This document shows, one piece after another, positions 19,350-28,293 of a DNA stretch of 38,905 nucleotides (position 1 is its first letter; each line of letters opens with the position of its first letter). Under the pieces are notes generated by a model. That model saw nothing but the letters and a program-made list of their open reading frames with translations, made no database searches and was not told the origin of the DNA. The position numbers and the translations under genes were made by a program. The stretch comes from a virus: IMG/VR virus record IMGVR_UViG_3300025158_000681; one strand, 5' to 3'.

Positions 19350-19799
19350 ATGTCTAATATTTTAAAAACAAAAGCTAATTTCTTAAAATCTTTTTTAACT
19401 AAAAAAGGATACAAAGTAAAACATACAGAGTGTCTTGAAGCTTTATCTCATTTGGAAAATGGCTCTTGCTATAATGTTGCTAAAGAAAAAATTATTAGGA
19501 TTTTAAAAGATGGAGAACATCTTACATTTAAAGAATTAAAAGAAAAAAACTTTACTGTTGATGTTGTCATTAATATGGACATGGACACCATTATGTGCGG
19601 AATTGAAGCTGTTAACGAGGCTGCTTCTGATGCCGTTACTGGTTCTGATTATGCTCTCTGTGATCTATCCTATCAAGTTCATCCTTATTTTTATGGTGGT
19701 GGGGTTGCAATTCGTGTGACAGGATACATTGAAGACATTGAAACACTTTCTCATCTTAGTGACTATGAAGAAGATGATGATGATGAAACTGATGATTAA
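19350..19799 (+). CDS. Protein with N-terminal 'glyoxalase superfamily' (Glyoxalase_8-like) helical domain and acidic tail
   Basis: KTKANFLKSFLTKKGYKVKHTECLEALSHLENG..YN pattern. Confidence 0.6.
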   Translation: MSNILKTKANFLKSFLTKKGYKVKHTECLEALSHLENGSCYNVAKEKIIRILKDGEHLTFKELKEKNFTVDVVINMDMDTIMCGIEAVNEAASDAVTGSDYALCDLSYQVHPYFYGGGVAIRVTGYIEDIETLSHLSDYEEDDDDETDD

Positions 19800-19955
19800 T
19801 TAGTGTAAAAAAAACACCAAAATAATGCTATAATACAGCTATGAAAGTTGTCCCTACTCTGACCTTTAATTTTCACTGCCACTCAGTTAATGCTATTGTT
19901 TTTTTAATATTCAACAATGCATAATTTAAAATAAAGAGTAAGGATTAGTACTTGA

Positions 19956-20216
19956 ATGAAAAACTGTAATTTTAATAAGGAGTATATTATGTCTAAACCA
20001 ACTATTGAACAAATTGCAAAGATGGCAGAATTAGCATGTTTCTATATTGACCCACAAGGATTGTGGCTTCGAATTGATTCTTGTGAATTGGAAGATGGAT
20101 ATTTCAACTGTCACAACGAAGACAGCGGAGAAGAATATGAAATCCCTTTTGATGAAATTACTTTAGAAGGACAAGAATCCTTTCAAGAATTAGTAAAAAT
20201 GGAGCTAAATGGTTAA
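19956..20216 (+). CDS. Hypothetical protein (true start probably MSKPT)
   Basis: ORF track; SD aggag before the internal ATG. Confidence 0.65.
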   Translation: MKNCNFNKEYIMSKPTIEQIAKMAELACFYIDPQGLWLRIDSCELEDGYFNCHNEDSGEEYEIPFDEITLEGQESFQELVKMELNG

Positions 20217-20369
20217 AAAATAAACTAGCATTAAAAAGGATAAATTAAAACTTTATCCTTTTTAAATTTTTATAATATTAATAATATATTTATTTACTAC
20301 TAATAACAATATTAATTTAAAAAATTTAATTATTCATGATATAATTGCAACTCTTAAGATAGGCAAAAC

Positions 20370-21684
20370 ATGACAAATTCAGAATACATCCTAAAAAAAA
20401 TTGATTCTTTTTATTCTCCTAGAAATAGTAAGGTTAGAATTCCTTATTCTCTTCTTTGTGCAAATCATCTAACAATTATTGAATTATTAAATGATTTTTG
20501 GATAGATATTAAACTAAGTAAACCTGTAGATAAAGAATTTGTAATTTGCATTCAAGACTTAACTCCAATTGGAAAAGGTAAGTTTGTTTGTGACTACTAT
20601 TATGAAGATAATAATTTTGTTGCTAACTTAGGTGATTCTGATTCTTATGGATATATCACTCATTGGATTTCATTTGAAAATATTAATAAATCAACCATTG
20701 ATTTTAATGAAAAACTAAAAAACCTTACTCTTCCCATATAATAATTTAATATAGTAATTATTTTTTAATGAAGAAGTTTTAAAAGATGAAGAAATTTTTA
20801 ACACATGTTTAATTAAAGATGCTCAAACATATACTGTTCTTAGATATAAATTAAAATTAATTCCACAATACGGAACAAAAGAAAAAGCATTATTCTTTTT
20901 AGATTTAAATCCAGCAGTTTTTGAGTTTTTGGGAAGTAAATTTCAAGAGGATATTGATATAGCAAAAAAAGCCATTTCTATTAATATCAATAATGTTAAA
21001 TATTTAAAAAAATCAATTAGTTCAAAAATTTTTAACAATAAGGAATTAAATGAAAAATTATTAACTCATAATTTAGATTATTTTAATAAAATAAATAACA
21101 AATTTAGAGATAATGAAGAGTTTTTTACACACTATATCAAACAAAAACCAAGCTTAATTGAATATGCAAGCAAAAGGCTTAAAAATAATAAAGATTTTGT
21201 CTCACTTGCATTAACAGCATATAATCTTCTTGAAAATATTCCAGATACATTTAAATCTGACCAAGAAATGATGCAAAAACACATTTCTTCATGCCCTCAC
21301 TCTATTTATGAAATATCAAAATTTCAAAATGTAAAACCTTTGATTATGAATATACTTCATGATAAACACTATATTTATGAATACTTAAATAATGAGAGAA
21401 AAATGGATGATGATTATATTTATGCTGTATTAAATCACAACACTTTCTTTTAAAAAACAGATGACCCTTTACATCCATATCAACAAGCTAGTATCTTTCA
21501 GATATTGCCCAAAATTTTACAAGAAAATATAATTAAAGAATATATCACCGAAGGATATGATATTAATCAAGAATTTGATACAAAAATATTATCTTATTCT
21601 AGAAATAAATATACAAATCTTTATTTGAGAAAAAATTTGAATAAAAAACTAGAAATTGTAGAGACAAAAAAAATTAAAATTTAA
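20370..21684 (+). pseudogene. Disrupted DUF4116-repeat-like gene
   Basis: IEYASKRLKNNKDFV repeat; frame of ORF 20929 is open from 20758 and continues past TAA 21451-21453 to ...ETKKIKI* at 21684; ORF 20370-20741 is possibly its 5' part. Confidence 0.55.
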
Positions 21685-22050
21685 TTAAATTTGGTTAAGA
21701 TTATTGACGTTTAAAGTTGGCATAGAATTTCCCCTTATATTTAATAACGAAGATTTAATGCTTTCATGATTTGGTATTTTTGTTATAGATTCTTGGATTC
21801 CAATGATTGATTCATTAAATTGAGGAAAATCTTCTTTCAATTTTTCAGCCAATATAATTCTTGATTTTTGTAAAACCTCATTTGGAAAACTATCTTTAGA
21901 GTCTGAACCCAACCTAGCTAAAATCAATAACCCTCCAAGCACACCACCAACAACAGCAATATCTGGAAGCACAGTGCTTACTAATCCAACTACTGCAACA
22001 ATACCAACGGCTAAGAAGGCAGCGAATTTTTTCATTCCACTTAAAGTCAA
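21685..22050 (-). CDS. Hypothetical membrane protein (two N-terminal hydrophobic helices)
   Basis: ORF track. Confidence 0.65.
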   Translation of the reverse strand: MTLSGMKKFAAFLAVGIVAVVGLVSTVLPDIAVVGGVLGGLLILARLGSDSKDSFPNEVLQKSRIILAEKLKEDFPQFNESIIGIQESITKIPNHESIKSSLLNIRGNSMPTLNVNNLNQI

Positions 22051-22265
22051 TCCTGTTTTTTCAATTTATCTATGTATTTAGCTTCATTTTCTTCTGTAAC
22101 TAAATTTATAAACCCAGTTATTTCAATTCTTCCTTCTAATTGATTAACTTTTAATCCAATAGCTTGAAGATTAGAAACAATTTTTTCTTTATCTAAACCT
22201 AAATCTTCATTTGAAACTTCAGACCTTGCTGTATCTGAAAGTGTAGTGTGACTAGTCCCACCCAT
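22047..22265 (-). CDS. Hypothetical protein, probably the 3' part of a disrupted gene
   Basis: ORF track. Confidence 0.4.
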   Translation of the reverse strand: MGGTSHTTLSDTARSEVSNEDLGLDKEKIVSNLQAIGLKVNQLEGRIEITGFINLVTEENEAKYIDKLKKQD

Positions 22266-22623
22266 ACTTGAAGATGTTCTTGCTATTGAAACCCTATAGT
22301 TTTTTTGAATTTTTTCAATTAGTTCAATATTTTAATAATCTATTCCAATGAAAAACAGATGACCAGCAACCACATACCAATGAATGCCTGTTTTTTTTGA
22401 TACGGTTGATATTACTGTAGTAGTTTTAACCTGGAATATATGGGTAATTATCTCTGATAATTTTTTGCAGTATTAGTTACAATTTTTTCACATATAAGAA
22501 TATTAAAAAATTAATTATACTTATAGTTTCCCAAAACATAAACCAGCTAAAATCTTCATGTCTTCATTTTGTTTTTCTTCATTTTTTAGTTTTTTTAAAA
22601 AAACATTATATTTTTAAAATATT

Positions 22624-22700
22624 TGGTGCGACCAGAGGGGTTCGAACCCTCGACCCAAGGATTATGAGTCCTTTGCTCTAACCAACTGAGCTACAGTCGC
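22624..22700 (-). tRNA. tRNA(CAT), Ile2-like, copy C (variant T and acceptor stems)
   Basis: Cloverleaf with compensatory changes, CCA. Confidence 0.9.
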
Positions 22701-22789
22701 ATAAGATTTTACCTTTCTGTAAGTGACCTAATTTACATTATTATACAACAAAATTAACCTTTTTTTAATAGTTTCACATTTAAATATAA

Positions 22790-23000
22790 TTGAAACAACC
22801 AGGATACTTCTCCTGAGTTTCTTACATAGAAAAAGTACCTTGAAAAATCAAGATGCTTTTGAATGATTACTTTTGGATGAAGCCTAGGAAAATGCCTGTG
22901 AGGCCATTTTGCCACTGTTCATAGTGATACTGGTGCAAGTTGAAACCACCCACGGTTTCTATCAACATTCTTCTACGTCAGGTAACATTATTTACCATGA
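22790..23000 (-). ncRNA. Candidate structured ncRNA
   Basis: ORF-free, GC above background, multiple hairpins, promoter and leader shared with tRNA-Leu at 24195. Confidence 0.4.
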
Positions 23001-23051
23001 CTCTATTATACATCAATTAATATTGAACTTTATTAATCTTTAAAAAAATTA

Positions 23052-23166
23052 TAACAAAGGTAGGATTCGAACCTACAATTACCAGCGGTTTACGGGGAAG
23101 ATTTTGGTGTCCTTCTCTAAGATAAATCCCCTAACCACATGTGTCTACCAGTTTTGTCACTATGAA
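23052..23166 (-). ncRNA. Degenerate tRNA-like RNA with elongated anticodon arm
   Basis: Leu-type D arm (aactggtagac), perfect T arm gtagg-ttcgaat-cctac, arm gtggtt/aaccgc enclosing a gggga/tcccc helix. Confidence 0.5.
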
Positions 23167-23183
23167 ATAATTTCTTTTAAATT

Positions 23184-23268
23184 TGGTGCCTAAGGACGGA
23201 ATCGAACCGTCACGGATTTCTCCGGGGGATTTTGAATCCCCTGCGTCTACCAATTTCACCACTCAGGC
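23184..23268 (-). tRNA. tRNA-Leu(CAA)
   Basis: Cloverleaf, loop TTCAAAA, CCA. Confidence 0.95.
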
Positions 23269-23290
23269 TTTCACATTAATACAAAAACTA

Positions 23291-23360
23291 AACTATCAGT
23301 GAGATTCGAACTCACGACATTTACCAACAAAAGTCTACCAACTAGCCCACGATGTTTAGT
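23291..23360 (-). pseudogene. tRNA remnant lacking an anticodon arm
   Basis: T arm gtgag-ttcgaat-ctcac and D-loop-like agttggtaga. Confidence 0.5.
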
Positions 23361-23448
23361 TAACTGTTTGGTGCAGTCTTTTTTATATTAAAGATATTAT
23401 AACACTAAAATAAATCAAAACTTTACAAATTTTTATTTATTTCTTATT

Positions 23449-23522
23449 TGGAGCGGAATATCAGAATCGAACTGATGACAACAGTTTGGAAAACTGTAGT
23501 TTTGCCATTAAACTAATCCCGC
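23449..23522 (-). tRNA. tRNA-Gly(TCC)
   Basis: Cloverleaf, loop TTTCCAA, U discriminator, CCA. Confidence 0.93.
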
Positions 23523-23624
23523 AAAAAATTTTACACATTGAAGAACTTCCATTCTTGCATTTAAACGGCGTGTCACCGTAACCATTTGTCTCGCCAGAGT
23601 TACTTTAAGATTATTGCCTTAAAG

Positions 23625-23705
23625 ACTTATCATTAGGAATCGAACCTAACTCCCTTCACAACAGCCCTCGGTTAACGAGATGGTTTTAATCCATCCTTTA
23701 GAAAA
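23625..23705 (-). pseudogene. tRNA remnant
   Basis: T arm ttagg-ttcgatt-cctaa; other arms degenerate. Confidence 0.4.
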
Positions 23706-23733
23706 ACTCTAGTCTTTCTAAAAGACAATTATT

Positions 23734-23806
23734 TGGAGCGGGGTAGAAAGAATCGAACTTCTATAAAAGCTTTGATGGCTACGTAATACCATTATACGAA
23801 CCCCGC
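23734..23806 (-). tRNA. Degenerate Gly-body tRNA with TCA at the anticodon position
   Basis: GCGGGGT/ACCCCGC-TCCA acceptor and Gly-type D arm; loop CATCAAA (A33); weak anticodon and T stems. Confidence 0.55.
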
Positions 23807-23812
23807 AAAAAA

Positions 23813-23928
23813 TTAATCCATAGAGTCATCAGGATTATCTCTGTCTCTTACTCAAGATTATCTGAGACAGTTTGATTGAATATCTAGTCAATCCTTCTAG
23901 TAATTCTGTTTTATCAGAATCTTATTTC
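23813..23928 (-). ncRNA. Four-hairpin spacer RNA, copy 1
   Basis: 8 differences to 24363-24479; stems conserved. Confidence 0.5.
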
Positions 23929-24003
23929 TGGTCCGGCATGGAGGAATCGAACCACCATATAGACTTTAGAAGAGTCTTGTCCTATCCGTTGAACGAATGC
24001 CGG
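23929..24003 (-). tRNA. tRNA-Arg(TCT)
   Basis: Cloverleaf, loop CTTCTAA, CCA. Confidence 0.93.
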
Positions 24004-24111
24004 AATATTTTTATCATATTTAAATACATTAAGTTTTTAATCTGAAACTCTGCAATCCTTGTTCAGCTTCAATTTAACTTTAACCTGGGGGCAAGCTAAT
24101 GTATTTAAATA

Positions 24112-24195
24112 TGGTGCGAGAGGCGGGATTCGAACCCGCAAGCCTTTCGGCGGGAGATTTTAAGTCTCCTGTGTATACCGTTCCACCACACTCGC
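24112..24195 (-). tRNA. tRNA-Leu(TAA)
   Basis: Cloverleaf, loop CTTAAAA, CCA. Confidence 0.95.
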
Positions 24196-24235
24196 TTTAT
24201 TTACCATAATACTATTATAACATTAATTTATCTCT

Positions 24236-24281
24236 AATTTATTTAGATTAACTTTATTTATTAAATTAATCTAAATAAATT
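24236..24281 (-). terminator. 16-bp hairpin closing the Ile2-Leu-Arg-Gly operon
   Basis: aatttatttagattaa / ttaatctaaataaatt directly after tRNA-Gly. Confidence 0.55.
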
Positions 24282-24355
24282 TGGAGCGGAATATCAGAAT
24301 CGAACTGATGACAACAGTTTGGAAAACTGTTGTTTTGCCATTAAACTAATCCCGC
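24282..24355 (-). tRNA. tRNA-Gly(TCC)
   Basis: Near-identical to 23449-23522. Confidence 0.93.
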
Positions 24356-24362
24356 AAATTTG

Positions 24363-24479
24363 TTAATCCATAGAGTTATCAGGATTATTTCTGTCTCTTA
24401 CTCAAGATTACCTAAGACAGTTTGATTGAATATCTAGTCAATCCACCTAGTAATTCTGTTTTCTCAGAATCTTCATTTC
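24363..24479 (-). ncRNA. Four-hairpin spacer RNA, copy 2
   Basis: See copy 1. Confidence 0.5.
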
Positions 24480-24554
24480 TGGTCGGTCTAGCAGGAATCG
24501 AACCCACATTCATTGCTTAGAAGGCAACTGCACTATCCGTTGTACTATAGACCG
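24480..24554 (-). tRNA. tRNA-Arg(TCT)
   Basis: Cloverleaf, loop CTTCTAA, CCA. Confidence 0.93.
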
Positions 24555-24602
24555 ATAATTTATCATATTTAATAACACTATTATTAGTAGTAGTATTAAA
24601 TA

Positions 24603-24689
24603 TGGTGCCTTGGGCCGGAATCGAACCGGCATGGAGTTTCCTCCGAGAGATTTTAAGTCTCTTGTGTCTACCTATTTCACCACCAAGGC
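24603..24689 (-). tRNA. tRNA-Leu(TAA)
   Basis: Cloverleaf, loop CTTAAAA, CCA. Confidence 0.95.
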
Positions 24690-24696
24690 TAATTGA

Positions 24697-24773
24697 TGGT
24701 GCGACGTGCTGGACTCGAACCAGCGACCCAAGGATTATGAGTCCTTTGCTCTAACCAACTGAGCTAACGTCGC
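24697..24773 (-). tRNA. tRNA(CAT), Ile2-like, copy D
   Basis: Same body as copy B. Confidence 0.9.
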
Positions 24774-24815
24774 ATTCATTTTTGTTAGGCTACTTTCGTT
24801 TCCTACCATGTCTGT

Positions 24816-24844
24816 ATTATATATCAATTTTTTGATTTTGTACA
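24816..24844 (-). promoter_or_regulatory. Possible internal sigma70 promoter just upstream of the tRNA operon
   Basis: TGTACA-N17-TATAAT on the minus strand. Confidence 0.45.
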
Positions 24845-24952
24845 GAATTTTTTAAAATCTTTTTGTATTTTTTGTTTTAATATCAATAACTTAATACGAT
24901 ATTTTAACCTAATACTTTAAGTTTATTTTTATATTCTAAATTTTAAAAGAGC

Positions 24953-24980
24953 AAAAAAAAGACAGCCTATTTAGACTGTC
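24953..24980 (-). terminator. Intrinsic terminator (attenuator helix 3:4)
   Basis: RNA GACAGUCU-AAAU-AGGCUGUC followed by U8. Confidence 0.85.
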
Positions 24981-25015
24981 TTTTGTTTATTCTTGGTTAC
25001 TTACTTATTTAACCC

Positions 25016-25102
25016 TTACGAAACACAAACAAAAGACTGTCCAGGAGATAATATTCTTATCCCTCTCAATCTTAAGCCTAATAATATAGTTGTGTGTTTC
25101 AT
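25016..25102 (-). CDS. Putative leader peptide MKHTTILLGLRLRGIRILSPGQSFVCVS
   Basis: Manual translation; ATA/TTA/TTG/AGA/GGG/GGA cluster; 3' part complementary to the terminator 5' arm. Confidence 0.7.
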   Translation of the reverse strand: MKHTTILLGLRLRGIRILSPGQSFVCVS

Positions 25103-25135
25103 TTAATTTCTTTTTACTTTTGTAACAATGAATGT

Positions 25136-25164
25136 ATCATATCTCATTTATATTTTTTTGTCAA
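25136..25164 (-). promoter_or_regulatory. Sigma70-type promoter of the leader peptide
   Basis: TTGACA-N17-TATGAT. Confidence 0.8.
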
Positions 25165-25327
25165 TATTTTTAAAAAAATATTTATAAAAATAAAAATTTG
25201 ACTTATTTCGATAATTATACAACAATTAATTTATGAATAAACATTAAAAAATTAATTTTCAAATAAGGCTTAAAAAATTTACGGGATTGGCTCGTCTATT
25301 GTTTTAAGTTTTTATAGGGAAATTAAA

Positions 25328-25636
25328 ATGTTAAAAAACTCTCTACAACAGTTCATTAAAGAACAATCACCATTTTGTGCTATTTATTTAATTGGTAATA
25401 ACTGACCAGTTAATTTAGAATTCAAAACATTAGACATTCACAATAATAGATTATTTTATACAAATAAAACAATTAATGATGATTACTTTTTTATAAACAA
25501 TATTAAATTATTAAACAAAGGTAAGAATGATTTCTTATTTTATATTCATAAAAATATTGCCCAAAAAGAAACATATAAAATTAATTCACAATTAAATCTT
25601 ATTGTAACAATACCTAGTCTCTATTGGTTTGAATAA
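25328..25636 (+). pseudogene. 102-codon ORF with one in-frame TGA (25403-25405)
   Basis: Manual translation MLKNSLQQF...GNN*PVNLEF...LYWFE. Confidence 0.45.
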
Positions 25637-25691
25637 CTAAAAAAGCAGCAATCGCCGCTTTTTCTTTAAACTAAATTAACCGTTAACCGTC

Positions 25692-26123
25692 TTAATTATT
25701 CAGGAAATATTCCAATATTTTAATATCTCCATATGAGATGCCACTTTCACTATCTATTAGTAGTAAATTTTTATAATTTTTACTAAAAAATCTTTCCATA
25801 TCATCTAATGCTATCCAAGATTTATTATCTATATTATTCTCTTTACAACACATTAAAATCTCTTCCTCTCTTCCTCCAATACCATATGTTTCTTTAATTA
25901 TTGGAGTCACTCCTACTATTCTCTTTTGAATGTCTTTTTCAAAAAAAACCTTTAATTTCTCAATCGAATGTTCTTCTCTCCAGGAACTAGAGATAACAAT
26001 ATTAACATTATCTAAAAATGGTCTAATGGCAGAACAAAATAATGGAACATGTTCGAAAAAACCTTTACCATTTATTCCCTCACCATGAAGAACACCATCA
26101 AAATCTAAAAATATTGTTTTCAT
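25692..26123 (-). CDS. HAD-superfamily phosphatase (HAD_SAK_2 / RNA-repair type)
   Basis: IFLDFDGVLH, VISSSWRE, GVTP, WIALDD motifs. Confidence 0.85.
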   Translation of the reverse strand: MKTIFLDFDGVLHGEGINGKGFFEHVPLFCSAIRPFLDNVNIVISSSWREEHSIEKLKVFFEKDIQKRIVGVTPIIKETYGIGGREEEILMCCKENNIDNKSWIALDDMERFFSKNYKNLLLIDSESGISYGDIKILEYFLNN

Positions 26124-26368
26124 TTAATTAATAGATTAAAACAATATACTAATTCAATAGAGTTGTTTTCTGTATATGGCAAATTAATGTTTCCCATATA
26201 CATTTCATGGCCAAAAATATTAGTAAATTCCCATAATGGCATTACCACTTCATCTAGAACTTCTGTTTCTTTAGTTTTACCAAATTGTTCTAAATATTTT
26301 TTATAAACATCTTTACCATTTTTTGTGAACTTACATTTTATTTGTTGATTTAGATTTACTGTTGTCAT
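26120..26368 (-). CDS. Hypothetical phage protein
   Basis: ORF track; PLWEFTNIFG motif. Confidence 0.65.
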   Translation of the reverse strand: MTTVNLNQQIKCKFTKNGKDVYKKYLEQFGKTKETEVLDEVVMPLWEFTNIFGHEMYMGNINLPYTENNSIELVYCFNLLIK

Positions 26369-26927
26369 ATTTCCCCTTTAGTTAATTTTAAGTTATATTG
26401 AAATAATTAGACTATTTTATATTCAAAAGCAATAATAGTCAAATTATGGGGTTTTCCATTTTTGCACAAATCTACAGGTCACTTATTGACATATATCAAT
26501 TATCACAAAATATTAACTGAAGTACAATTGATAATTCTCAACAACAATTCATTTTCATAATATTCCAGATGTTGACTCATATGATAAATAGCAAGATAAT
26601 AACACACCAAGCTAATGATTATGAATTAATGGTTACACTAAAGATTATTTTTAAATTAAAAAGTCTAATCATTTTATTATTTGAGTTTAAAAGGAATTTA
26701 TATGTTAATTTCTAAGGCAAAACTTCTATTTTTTTCATTTCAATGTGCAAAAACGAGTTATGAACTGAATAAACTAATGACTCGCAATACTTGTCGGCGT
26801 AAAAACCCAAGATTTAATTCTGGACGAAGAGAAATTAACTTGTTGGTTTATTTAAAAAAATTTACTTAGCTCTACCTCTAGTTTTTTATTTTTATTTTTA
26901 TATAATTAAAATACAAAAGAAATAAAA

Positions 26928-28286
26928 ATGATAATTAAAGAAGAAAAAACTCTAAGCAAGGAAGACCTAATCGCAAGAGGTTGGACTGAAGATTTAATTG
27001 CCATATTAAGACCTCATCCTGTAATAATTGATGATTCTATATTTTGGAAATTTAATGATGTCTTGGCAAAAGAAAAATATGTCACATTTAAGAATTTTCA
27101 AAGTATTGATGAGTTTAATAAAATACAAACTGAATATCTAGAAAAATTTGAAAAGCAAACTGAAAATGGCATCAACTATGTTGAAAATCTTTCTATAGAG
27201 TTAACTAATGATAACTGCTTACTTAGTAACCTGGATAAATATAATCCATTAAAAAATATAGTTCATTTTGTGGATGACTTTGAAGTAAATGAAAATAGCT
27301 CTTTTACTTTATTTACTGATGGCTCATTTAAAAAGATTGGAAGAGAATGTTTTTCTAGCAATGCCGGTTGGATAATAAATAATAAAACCAATAAAATTGT
27401 GGTTGAATTTTCTAATGTTGAACCAATAATAAAACAAAGGTATGCACATGAAAACACAATGCCAGAATTTGAATTAATTGGTATTCAAGCTGGAGTTAAT
27501 TTAATTAAAATGTTAGGATTGAAAAACGTTCAATGCTATACAGATACAATTTCTGAAGCTAGCACAATAAGTTTAGCTCTCAATGGCTTTGGTAAAAGTA
27601 GACTTAATGAATTACAAGATATTTATAATCCAATAATAAAAATATTAAAAGAATCTAACTCATCTATAGCTTGGATTCCAAGAGAATTTAATACTCATGC
27701 TGATGCATTAACAAAAATATCAGGAAATGCCTGGTTTGAAAAATATAAAAAAGATTTTATGAATGTAGATAGTATTAAAAATAATAACTATCAAATTGAT
27801 AGAACAAAAGAGTTCTTTTTTAATCATGAAAAAATTAAATATTCAAGCACTAAAAAATTAGATAATAATCCAATAGTTTTATATCATGGAACTGAAGAAT
27901 TTGATTTTATTTTTATGTATCATGCAGATACTAATTCTATTGAATTAATTAAACACGAATCTGTTGACTTTTCACATATTGATGAATCATTACCCAAAGG
28001 TGTTAAAAATATTAAACGAAGTCAAAGATCAATTCACAACATACTTAAATTTCTTAAAGAAAACCATGAAGACTATAATCTTTCATTGAAAAATAGCGAT
28101 GTATCAATATTAAGAAAATTAAGACCTATTGAGCCTCATTTACAAGAAGAATTTTTTGAATTTCATAAATTTCTTGATCAAGCTAACAAAACTATTACCA
28201 TAACTGATATTGAAGATTCAGTTAGAAAACTTATTAGATCAGAAGTTAAAGCATTAACAAGAATCTATTCACCCCCATCTCCATAA
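26928..28286 (+). CDS. RNase HI-like (RVT_3-type) domain protein with extra N- and C-terminal regions
   Basis: LFTDGS, E(F)E..GI, CYTD, WIPREFNTHADAL. Confidence 0.8.
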   Translation: MIIKEEKTLSKEDLIARGWTEDLIAILRPHPVIIDDSIFWKFNDVLAKEKYVTFKNFQSIDEFNKIQTEYLEKFEKQTENGINYVENLSIELTNDNCLLSNLDKYNPLKNIVHFVDDFEVNENSSFTLFTDGSFKKIGRECFSSNAGWIINNKTNKIVVEFSNVEPIIKQRYAHENTMPEFELIGIQAGVNLIKMLGLKNVQCYTDTISEASTISLALNGFGKSRLNELQDIYNPIIKILKESNSSIAWIPREFNTHADALTKISGNAWFEKYKKDFMNVDSIKNNNYQIDRTKEFFFNHEKIKYSSTKKLDNNPIVLYHGTEEFDFIFMYHADTNSIELIKHESVDFSHIDESLPKGVKNIKRSQRSIHNILKFLKENHEDYNLSLKNSDVSILRKLRPIEPHLQEEFFEFHKFLDQANKTITITDIEDSVRKLIRSEVKALTRIYSPPSP

Positions 28287-28293
28287 AGAATTT

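Noticed and set aside
23813-23850. Hammerhead ribozyme in the tRNA spacer (CUGAUGA on the minus strand)
   Set aside because: No stem II plus GAAA in the right order, and the second copy has CUGAUAA
26681-26869. 62-aa ORF and a possible IS-end-like hairpin
   Set aside because: No recognisable motif and no second copy in the window
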